The notes under the pieces were generated by a model. It searched no databases. It saw only the letters and a list, made by a program, of their open reading frames with translations, and had not been told where the DNA came from. A stretch of DNA of 64,000 nt, taken from NCBI GenBank assembly GCA_964016885.1, contig OZ024748.1, positions 48,608,001 through 48,672,000 on the forward strand, in the 5' to 3' direction. The number at the start of each line of letters is the position of its first letter. Within the stretch, counting starts at the first letter, position 1. The translations under genes were made by a program, and so were the position numbers. Shown here piece by piece: positions 53,656 to 64,000 of the stretch. The DNA is from Eledone cirrhosa (Eukaryota).

Positions 53656-56074
53656 ATTTACTACAGAATGGTTAGAATGTACATTTTATACTTTTTTACA
53701 GTCTGCTCTTGTAATAACTGATTTCTAATACCGAAAAAATGCCAGCAAATTTAGAGGAAGGGCAATCCCAGTACTTGACTAGTACTTTATTTAATGACCT
53801 CCAGAAGGACGAAAGGCAAAATTGACTGGGACTCTTATCATTGAAACACCTGAGAAACCTCTTATGAGATACAACGATGTAGGAGCTGTAAATTTCATTT
53901 TCATTTTTAATAACTGTCTTATAGAGTTATTTCATATATAATGGTGTCTAATTTAGGCAAAAGGGCAGCAATTTTTGAGGGGAGAATAAAGTTGATTAAA
54001 AGACCTACCTATCTCTCACAATCAAGTATGATTTAGTAGCATTTAGAGTTTTAGGTGTCCATACAATCACAAGCAGAGACCTACACCCTCTTTACTCTCC
54101 AACCTCTTGACCATCCAACCTTTGATCCAGTGGAACATCGAAGATTTGATAGTTGAAAGTTGAGGAAGAGAGGGCTGCACCAGCACTAGACTGGGACTTC
54201 TGACCCTGAAAGGATGAAAGTGGATCATATATTTTAAATTGAGGTTTTGTAGGGCCAATAGATAAGTCCCACCTTTATTTTACAGTCACATGCTGGTTTT
54301 TCACATTGTAATTTCTTGAAAGTAGGTGGGACACATATATAACATATCAATGACAATAAAATGAATATCTCACTGAAGAACACAGCAAACAAAACTTTTC
54401 TCATTGTAATATATGCATTCACGATTTCTAATTTGCTGAACCAATATTTTATCCACGTGGCAACTTATTGTCAGTTCAATACCTACATACTAATGCCTAT
54501 TTTCCTAACCACTTCTGTACCCCCTCCCCCCCCCATTCCCCTCACCCCACTCCTCCTTCACTCCGCACCCTCCTTCACTCTCCCCACCCCGCCACCCCCT
54601 CATTCACCCCCCCACTCCAGTCTACCCTCACTACACTCCTCCCTCACTCTCTCTGCAACTCTCATAATGGAAAAAATAAAAAAAATAAATCTGCTTAGTC
54701 AACGTTGAAAAGATGTGAACTATGAGGTGTAAGTTGTATCCACAAAGGTAGCTTGTAATTATATGTAGAGCAGGGTTTTTTATCACTTCGGCTATTGTTG
54801 TCTATCTTTTGTCAATGAGGTCGTAAAACATGGCTTGGATGCTGCAGGCTTCTCCCCCCCCCCCCCCAGCTCGTGCTGGTGGGGTTGGACTGAGGGGACA
54901 GCAAAAGGCCAGACAACATGACCATCTTCCCGTTCCACAGTGGTAAAACCATCATCTGGGAAACATTCTCCAGTGGCGACACATTCTCCAGTGGCAACCT
55001 GGTGCAGTCTGTGACTAACCCAGGCTCTGCTGCACCTCGGGCTGTGGAGATTTCTGGTACCCTTGACTCTAGGACCACCACCCAGTCACCACCATTGACA
55101 CAGAGCTGGAATGGCTCTTCCAGCACGTCTCCTTCACTAACCTCCAGGAAAATGACTCTTCTATTCTGTCTGCTGGGGCTGCTGAGTGGCCAATGCATGG
55201 GCATCCATTTACTTATACTAGTGAGAGATGGGGAGAGTGGGAGAGATGGAGGCATTGTGTTTGGACCTGATGTATATATTTATTTACCACACCATACCTT
55301 ATAACATCCCTTGTAATTCCTGTTGGGACTTATCACCGCTTCCACACCACCACACCAGTAGTTTTAGTAGTAAGGTAGCTTAGTTAGTTTTGTAACGTGG
55401 TCAACAGGAAGACATTTCTACCAGTAAATATGTTAGAGAACTCTTCTTTTTATTTTTCTTCTTTTTCTTCTTCTATCTTCTTTTTCTTTGTTTTCTTCTC
55501 TCCCCATCTTTTTCTTCTTTCTTTTCCTCTCTAACACAGGTGTGCTCTGACATGACACACTATTGTACAATGGTTTTTCATCAATGTAATTTTATTTGTG
55601 GCTATTTTATTGAAGTGTTTTTTCTGAAAGTTAATTCTAAGGAATTATGATGAATAAACCAGTTTTTTGGGGCGGTTTTTTTCTTGGATATTATTTGTGT
55701 TTTACTTTAACAATCTGAAATTGGATTGTATTTCTATTTTCATTCATGTTTTTTCTATCCTTGCTAAATGGCCATGTGGTTAAGAAGTTCACTTTGTAAC
55801 CATGTGGTGTTCACTTCTATCTCACTGCATTACACCTTTGGCTAGTGTCCTCTTCTACTGTAGCCTTAGGCTGACCAATGCCATCTCCGAGACTACGGGT
55901 ATATGATTAAAATGTCTCAGGAAAGAATTGTTGGGCAAAACCAACCGGCAGGGGACCAAGGGGTAGACCCTGGTTGAATAACATCCATGAACTCGGCTGG
56001 TCTCACTTGGAGATTCAGCCGAATCAATTGGAGATGGTTGCTTTTGACAGGAGGATTATTTATGCTGTTTATGG

Positions 56075-56402
56075 TGGTGAATTGGCAGTAGAATCAGTAG
56101 AGCATCTAACAACATGCAGCATATAGTTATGTTTCTTTATGTTCTGAGTTTAAATCCCACTGAAGTTAGCTTTACCTTTCATCCTTACAGGGTCGATTAG
56201 TACCAGTAATGTACTGGAGTCAATTTGACTTTCTACTCTTCAAAAAGTGTTGGCCTTCTGCTTAAATCAGAAGCCATTATTAAACTGGTGTTCAAATCCC
56301 GCCGAGGTTGACTTTGCCTTTCATCCTTACGGGGTCGATAAAATAAAGTACCAGTAATGCACTGGGTAATTGCTGGCCTTGTGCCTAAAGTAGAAACAAT
56401 TA
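56075..56402 (+). mobile_element. Family A SINE plus a partial second copy
   Basis: Core motif occurs twice. Confidence 0.8.
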
Positions 56403-56499
56403 TTAAACTGGTGATTGGAACATAACAAAGATTTTGTAAATAAAATTATGATGGTAGCTTCTTTAATATACATATGAACATTTTAAAACAGGCAGTTTT

Positions 56500-57146
56500 G
56501 TATCATAGAATCGGGGTGGTTTCAGGCAGTTTAGAATGAAAAGGGTTTGAAATAGGTGGTTTTATAGAACCAGGGACAGTTGTGGGTGAGCTAGTATCAA
56601 AAGGGTTTAAAATAGGTGGTTTTATAGACCCAGAAAGAATTTTGGGTGATTTAGTGTGAAAAGGGTTAAACCACTAGCAGCAAAATATTTGGAATGAAAA
56701 GGGTTTGAAATAGGTGGCTTTATAGAACCAGGGACAGTTTTGAGTGAGCTAGTATAAAAAGGGTTTGAAATAGGTGGCTTTATAGAACCAGGGACAGTTT
56801 TGAGTGAGCTAGTATAAAAAGGGTTTGAAATAGGTGGCTTTATAGAACCAGGGACAGTTTTGAGTGAGCTAGTATAAAAAGGGTTTGAAATAGGTGGCTT
56901 TATAGAACCAGGGACAGTTTTGAGTGAGCTAGTATAAAAAGGGTTTGAAATAGGTGGCTTTATAGAACCAGGGAGCTTTATAGAACCAGGGACAGTTTTG
57001 AGTGAGCTAGTATAAAAAGGGTTTGAAATAGGTGGCTTTATAGAACCAGGGACAGTTTTGAGTGAGCTAGTATAAAAAGGGTTTGAAATTAGGTGGCTTT
57101 ATAGCCCCAGAGAGAATTTTGGATGAGTTAGTACGAAAAGGGTTAA
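56500..57146. repeat. 60-bp tandem array built from piggyBac-like MITE ends
   Basis: Unit gggtttgaaataggtggctttatagaaccagggacagttttgagtgagctagtataaaaa; sub-arrays end in aaaagggttaa. Confidence 0.85.
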
Positions 57147-57592
57147 ACTACTAGCAGTAGCCAATATATTCAACCATGTAATTTGTAGAAATATTTCCAA
57201 TGTCAGAATATTTCTATTTTCCTCTGATTCCAGTGTTTTACTCTAATTTTTAGAATTGTGCAACCAATGTCAGAAAAATTCTTTGATTGGAAGCAATTGT
57301 CTCAGAGAAAAAATTGTGCTTGTTGTTGTCTTTTTTGTTTTATATTTGTTTTGTTTTGTTTTTCGTCGTTAGGTGTACGTGTGAGTATGTATATATATAT
57401 ATATATATGTTTGTGTGTGTATATATGCAGACCTACATATGTGTATACATATATATGCATACACATTTATATATACACGTGAGTTCGTATATATATGTAC
57501 GTAAATATGTTTGTATTCACACACACTCATACTCATGTATACATATCTATGCATTATACATTTATATATACATGTAAGTGTGTGTGTATGTA

Positions 57593-57630
<38 letters not shown>

Positions 57631-57726
57631 CATACACATGTGTGTATATATATGTATATATAGTCTAACCCATGCTAGCATGGAAGATGGACATTAAACG
57701 AAGATGATGATGATGATATATGTGTG

Positions 57727-57787
<61 letters not shown>

Positions 57788-57993
57788 CTTAATGAAGATG
57801 AGGAGTCTCCGCTCAACAAAAACAAAAAAAAAATACTTTATTGGATGGTCATCTTCTCAATTTCTCTGTCCTTTGATGAGTTTTGTCTTTCATCCCTCAG
57901 GGTGTCCAATCACCCTCCTCACCCAGCAAGCTTGGTGAATATGCCAGTTTAGTCGCTGATGACTCGACCATGCGACAGGTTGTACTGACTTCA

Positions 57994-58211
57994 TTAACCC
58001 TTTAGCATTCACATTACTCTATACATACTATTATATTTTCATGATAAATGCTTTATCTCACATAATTATCTCACATAATATTGAATCTATGAGATTTTGA
58101 AAGTATTTATTTTGAGAACAATACCTTAACATCAGTTTGAGCGACCATTTACAGTCAGTTTCAACAGAAAAAGGTAGAGAATTTTAGCCGGTTTGAACAT
58201 TAAAGGGTTAA
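57994..58211. mobile_element. piggyBac-like MITE
   Basis: TTAACCCTTT...AAAGGGTTAA; reverse-complement homologue of 19185-19400 and 19487-19620. Confidence 0.8.
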
Positions 58212-58496
58212 GACAGCTCTCTATATAAAACCTGCGATTTCATTTGCATCGAGTGATGTAGGCCAGACCTTCTTTTTGGACAAATGTATTCAATGTTCAG
58301 AGAGTGGGATTGGTTCTGTGTAAAGACTGTGCTCTCTTAAAAAAAACCTTCAAGCACCGGCATCACTTGATATGTGACTTTTTTGCAATGCATGGTATTG
58401 CTGGCCATAGGCAAGTCCCTAGTAGGACTATAAAACCACGTCTGTGATGATCATGTTTAAGTATCAAGTGATGCCATTACTCAAAATCGAGTTGTA

Positions 58497-58535
<39 letters not shown>

Positions 58536-58558
58536 GTATGTATATATGTGTATATATG

Positions 58559-58596
<38 letters not shown>

Positions 58597-58725
58597 TTTA
58601 TATATATATATTTATATATATATAAATATATACATACATTATATATGTATATATATATGTGTATATATGTGTGTGCATATATATATATAAATATTTATCT
58701 ATATATATTTCTATATATATATTTC

Positions 58726-58757
<32 letters not shown>

Positions 58758-58778
58758 ATGTATGTATATATGAGTATA

Positions 58779-58811
<33 letters not shown>

Positions 58812-59103
58812 CCTGTATGATATCATCTGCGATTAATCTGAATGTAAAACCTAAAAACAGAATTTTAGCAAATGAAAAAAAAAAAAGTAAGTCTTAAACC
58901 TTTCAGATCCCCCCCCCCTCTCTCTCTCTCTCTGTCATAAATGGTGATTCACATACTGTTGTATTTCAATAACATAATTACTATGATAAGAAAACAAAGG
59001 CAAGGCTTCTAATTGAATCCAATGGAAAAGTGATGCACACACAAAACAAGGAGAGAGAACACCGTGTATGTGAGAACAGTGTGTGTGAGTGTGTGTGTAC
59101 ACG

Positions 59104-59165
<62 letters not shown>

Positions 59166-59685
59166 AATGTGTGTGTGAGTATATATGAGAACTGTGTGTT
59201 TATACTTACACATATATATGAACAGTGTGTGGGTGTATATAAACATACACACACATATATATATGTATATATGAGAGCAGTGTGTGTGTGTGTATACACA
59301 CACACACACACATGTATATATGAGAACAGTGTGTGTGTATACACACACACACACATATCTATATATGAGAACAGTGTGTATGAATTATGTCAGATCTATG
59401 TGCATAGTTTGTTTGAGTTCATGGTTGGTTTGGGTTTAATATGCTATTTATGTACAAGTTAAAGCAATTGACAGTCATATATGTATATGTATATGTGTAT
59501 GTATGTATGTATGTATGTACGTACGTACGTATGTGTGTGTATATATGTATCTACACTCACCAAATATGCAAATGAGCATTTTCTGTCGATGTTTCCTATA
59601 TGCAAATGAGCATCTACAGAAAATTTCCATCACACAAAATTCTATATAAACTCTAGTCAATTTTTATGCCAATACAGGTTGAAAA

Positions 59686-59733
59686 AGTGTCACTGATGAA
59701 AGATAAAAAAGCCTGAAACAGTTGTCTGATGTT
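59686..59733 (+). ncRNA. Minimal type-I HHR motif
   Basis: aguguca-CUGAUGA (59693-59699)-aagau/agccu (weak stem II)-GAAAC-aguu-GUC (59724-59726)-ugauguu; 7-bp stem I with G-U pairs. Confidence 0.6.
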
Positions 59734-59849
59734 CTCAAAATGTATTAGCAACAGGAAAATAGAGAAAAAAGAAATTTTTTCATTACAAACAAAACTATTT
59801 TTCTTTGATAGTGAAGCTCTCCATATGTTTATTGTATGTAAAGATATAA

Positions 59850-60033
59850 TTGTTTCTACTTTAGGCACAAGGCCAGCAATTACCCAGTGCATTACTGGTA
59901 CTTTATTTTATCGACCCCGTAAGGATGAAAGGCAAATTCAACCTCGGCGGGATTTGAACTCAGATCGTAAAGGGATGTAACTATGCTGGAAAGCATGGCG
60001 TCCGACTCTCTACCGATACTGCCAATCCACCGC
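59850..60033 (-). mobile_element. Family A SINE
   Basis: Reverse complement of 39368-39550. Confidence 0.88.
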
Positions 60034-60319
60034 CGTATGTTAAGATATAATATATGTTTATATATGTTTTCATAGAGACCCATATTATATTTAAACACTG
60101 ACATTCTGCTACTGCCAATGAAATGTATACACACACAAGCTGAGAGAATGGGCCTTCGTTAGTTTCAATGGGGAGTGTTCCAGTGGTTCAATCAATATGA
60201 AATTATTCTGTGGCTGAGTGGCTGAGCATTTCTACAGATAGACACATGTGAACATGTAATGTACCTATAATGTAATTGTCAGGGAGATTCAGCATGACAC
60301 AGTGAGTGACAGTACTGGG

Positions 60320-60670
60320 TAGGACGGTAGGTTGATCGGTAGATAGGTAAGTGGATAGATAGATAGGTGGATAGGTGTATGGATGGATAGATAAATGGCT
60401 AGTTAGTTAAAAAGATAGATGGATGGATGAATAGGTATATGGATGGATGGATGAAAGGAAGGCTGGATAGATAGGTGTATGGATGGATAGAAGTAAGGGT
60501 GGATAGATAGGTGTATGGATGGATAGAAGGAAGGAAGGGTGGATGGCTCGATAGGTGTATGGATGGATAGAAGGAAGGAAGGGTGGATGGCTCGATAGGT
60601 ATATGGATGGATAGAAGGAAGGGTGGATGGCTAGATAGGTATATGGAAGGATGGAAGGAAGGATGGAGGG
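60320..60670. repeat. (GGAT/AGAT/GGAA)n purine-rich tract
   Basis: Direct inspection. Confidence 0.9.
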
Positions 60671-61223
60671 ATATGTTAGTTTTTCTCGCTGTCCTGATTA
60701 CCATTAATACTAGGAGCAAGTAATTATAAAATTGTGTCTAAGGTGAAAATGAGGCTGAAGTAGTTATCTGAAACTGTTATCTTCTCATTGGAGAGTTCTA
60801 GTGTTGGTGTACAATATATGTGTGACAAATGTGCTGTTGTTGTTGTTGTTGTATGTTAGTGAAACATGATAAGTAAAAGATAAAGGACTGGTTGCAACTG
60901 GAGTGGCATGAACTAAAAATACAAATACTGTGTCTGATGTCTTACATGTTAAACATACAATAAAGTCAGTTGCTAAAGTTAGTTGAAAAGTAACATTATA
61001 TATATAATATATATGTGTGTGTGTATATACGTGTGTGTGTATATGTGTGTGTGTGTGTATATATATATATGTGTGTGTGTATATATGTGTGTGTGTATAT
61101 ATGTGTGTGTGTGTGTATATATATATATATGTGTGTGTATATGTGTGTGTGTGTATATATGTATATGTATGTATATATGTATGTATATGTATGTATATAT
61201 GTATATATATATACATATATATA

Positions 61224-61544
61224 TCATCGGCGTTTTACGTCCGTTCTTAAACGCTAGCATGGGTTAGATGGGTTGTCCTGTTGTTGGCAGTGTCCAGTCG
61301 GCTGACCTTGTCTTGCTCATACAGAACTGTGGGCGGGTGCTTTTTTGCCGTGCCACCTCCACGACCACTTTGCAGTGGAATGATAGGGACCCCAGTCCCT
61401 ATCATCTCATTTCTTCAGCTGAGTAAACTGGAGCAATGTGAAATAAAGTGTCTTGCTCAAGGAAACAACACATCACCCTGAGAATTGAACTCACAACTTT
61501 TTGATTGCAGGCCCAATGCTCTAACCACTAAGCCATGTGCCTCC
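61224..61544 (-). mobile_element. CORE-like SINE with RTE-type tail; close relative of 4634-4965
   Basis: Same translated artefact (GCFFAV.PPRPLCSGMIGTPVPIISFLQLSKLEQCEIKCLAQGNNTSP) in both; opposite orientation. Confidence 0.85.
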
Positions 61545-61640
61545 ATATATGTATATATATATATATATATTGCTTCCAACAGTAATGGTTGCATTCTTTA
61601 AGGGTATGTCAATATTTATTTATAAAACTGCTCTATATTA

Positions 61641-61705
61641 TATTTTATCTGATGAAAGCACACCATAATTTAACTTGGTGTCCTTGAAATATGTATAATG
61701 AAATA
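61641..61705 (+). ncRNA. Minimal type-I HHR motif
   Basis: uauuuuau-CUGAUGA (61649-61655)-aagcacacca/ugguguccuu (9 of 10 pairs)-GAAA (61686-61689)-uaugua-UA-augaaaua; 8-bp stem I; AUA site. Confidence 0.7.
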
Positions 61706-61834
61706 AATATGGTTTTATAAATATAGTTTCCATTTGTTAATATCGTATTTTTATTCCAAATATTTGTTGAGTGCTTTATATCAGTTATAAAAATATTTGC
61801 TTGTTGTATCCCAACAATTTAAATAGAACTTTTA

Positions 61835-61844
61835 CATATATATG

Positions 61845-61875
<31 letters not shown>

Positions 61876-62079
61876 GTATGTATATATATGTATGTATATG
61901 TATGTATATATATGTATATGTATATGTATGTATATATATGTATATATATCTATGTATATATGTATATATATCTATGTATATATGTATATATATGTATGTA
62001 TATATATGTATATATATCTATGTATGTATATATATGTATATATATCTATGTATGTATATATATGTATATATATCTATGG

Positions 62080-62117
<38 letters not shown>

Positions 62118-62192
62118 CTATGGATATATATATATATGTATATATATCTATGTATATATATCTATGTATATATATCTATATATATATCTATG

Positions 62193-62223
<31 letters not shown>

Positions 62224-62254
62224 ATGTATCTATGTATCTATATATATATATATA

Positions 62255-62285
<31 letters not shown>

Positions 62286-62317
62286 TGTGTATATATATAT
62301 GTATGTATATATATCTG

Positions 62318-62348
<31 letters not shown>

Positions 62349-62825
62349 ATATATCTGTGTGTATGTATATATATCTATGTGTGTATGTATATATATCTAT
62401 GTGTGTATGTATATATATATATGTATGTATATATATATATGTATGTGTATATATATATATATGTATGTATATATATATATGTATGTATATATATCTGTGT
62501 GTATATATATATGTATGTATATATATGTGTGTGTATATATATATGTATGTATATATATGTGTGTATATATATGTATGTATATATATGTGTGTATATATAT
62601 ATATATATGTATATATATCTATGTGTATATATATATATGTGTGTATATATATGTATATATATGTGTGTATATATATGTATATATGTATATATATATATGT
62701 GTGTATATATATATATGTATATATATATGTGTGTATATATATATATGTATATATATCTATGTGTATATATATATGTATGTATATATATGTATATATATCT
62801 ATGTGTATATATATATATATATATA
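61835..62825. repeat. About 1-kb (TA/TG)n compound microsatellite
   Basis: Direct inspection; source of the 373-aa and 334-aa ORFs. Confidence 0.97.
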
Positions 62826-63546
62826 CAATAAAGTATGTCCATGGAATCATTTGATAAAATATATACATTATTTCCTCTCCCAATCAGCATAATCAACCAT
62901 ACAAAAAAACCAATTAAACCAGGCTATAAGATTAAAAGGCACCTATGAAGAAATAATAGATAAATAAACGACACCTATCCATCCGCAACCAACAGCTATA
63001 GAATAGTTACCCAGCATTTCAATAGCATGTGGAAATCGATTAAATATATCGTCAACCATACACAATTAGGTATAAAATCAAAGTTAGAAGAAAAAAATGT
63101 ATATAAACATACCAAAATTATGTTTCTACCCCATGGGATTTCATTCGCTTTTGGAAATATCTGATCAAGGATAAATTCACGAGTTTCGAAATCATCAGGA
63201 AACAAACTCACTTGAACGAAGATTTTTCTTAAATGATCCCCACCAGAAACGAATTCAAAATGGCTAAGAACTGTGGCGTGGCAGTGGTCAAGTCAGAAAG
63301 AATGTGGATGGTGCCTTACGGCGAGTGGGCTGGTTTCTAGAAAGCGGAGCCTAATACTGCCTAAATTGCATCTTAACCATATGGGAGATTATCAAATATA
63401 AAGATTTACATATACATAAACTAGACAAAGTCTTAGATATATATATATATATGAGTTTTTGGCAACCATTCACGATGTGGCTCAATGACGAATTAATTAA
63501 TTAATCAACAATCAGAGCAATATACAATAAAGTATGTCCATAGAAT
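62821..63546 (-). mobile_element. 699-bp-period unit bounded by 27-bp direct repeats, carrying an HHR
   Basis: atatacaataaagtatgtccat(g/a)gaat at 62821 and 63520; flanked by (TA)n. Confidence 0.6.
63121..63204 (-). ncRNA. Type-I HHR motif with palindromic stem III
   Basis: Minus strand: uguuuc-CUGAUGA-uuucg...cgaau-GAAA-u-cccauggg-GUA-gaaaca; perfect 6-bp stem I. Confidence 0.72.
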
Positions 63547-63619
63547 TATATATATATATATATATATGTGTGTATATATATATGTATATATATATCTATG
63601 TATATATATATATGACGAA

Positions 63620-64000
63620 GAAGGGCTCCTGCGTACGAAAGGCCGGTTATATGATGCCTGTGTGAGGAGCGCGATGCTGCATGGTAGTGAGACTTGGGCA
63701 GCAACTGCAGAGGATATGCGACGGCTGGAGAGAAATGAGGCAAGCATGCTCCATTGGATGTGTGATGTCAATGTGCGTGAAGGACCCAGCATGGATGTGT
63801 TGAGAGAGAAACTGTGTCTGAGGGGGATAGAATGTAGTGTGCGAGAGAGGAGACTGCGGTAGTATGGACATGTGATGTGCATGGAGGGTGACTGATGGGT
63901 GAAGAAGTGCCAGGAAATGCCAGTTGAAGGAAGACGTGGTAGAGGTAGACCACGAAAAACATGGGCGGAGGTGGTGAGGAAAGACCTCGGATCGCTGAAG
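63620..64000 (+). mobile_element. 5'-truncated RTE LINE ORF2 fragment, running off the window
   Basis: KGRLYDACVRSAMLHGSETWAATAEDMRRLERNEASMLHWMC...RERRLR*YGHVM...GRRGRGRPRKTW. Confidence 0.9.

Noticed and set aside
61771-62892. 373-aa and other Y/I/C/V/M-rich ORFs
   Set aside because: Translations of (TA/TG)n microsatellites.

Overview
AT-rich, repeat-saturated animal genomic DNA. The repeat repertoire suggests a mollusc, most likely an octopus or other coleoid cephalopod (inference, not checked against a database). I found no credible host protein-coding exon, so the window looks intronic or intergenic, and nearly all listed ORFs are micro- or minisatellite artefacts. Supported content: about 20 tRNA-derived SINEs with a Deu/Nin-like core; several CORE-like SINEs; 5'-truncated RTE-clade LINE remnants; a DD37D (maT-like) Tc1/mariner remnant; mariner- and piggyBac-type MITEs; many minisatellites; and an exact 1,292-bp tandem duplication. 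The most interesting signal is non-coding. At least 6 well-formed and several degenerate minimal type-I hammerhead ribozyme (HHR) motifs (CUGANGA-stem II-GAAA-short palindromic stem III-NUH-stem I) lie in short AT-rich elements of several families, most next to (TA)n tracts. Several of these elements form palindromes or inversions whose junctions fall in or beside the ribozyme. This fits Penelope-like pseudo-LTR or retrozyme-type non-autonomous retroelements. All ribozyme calls are hand-folded and untested.
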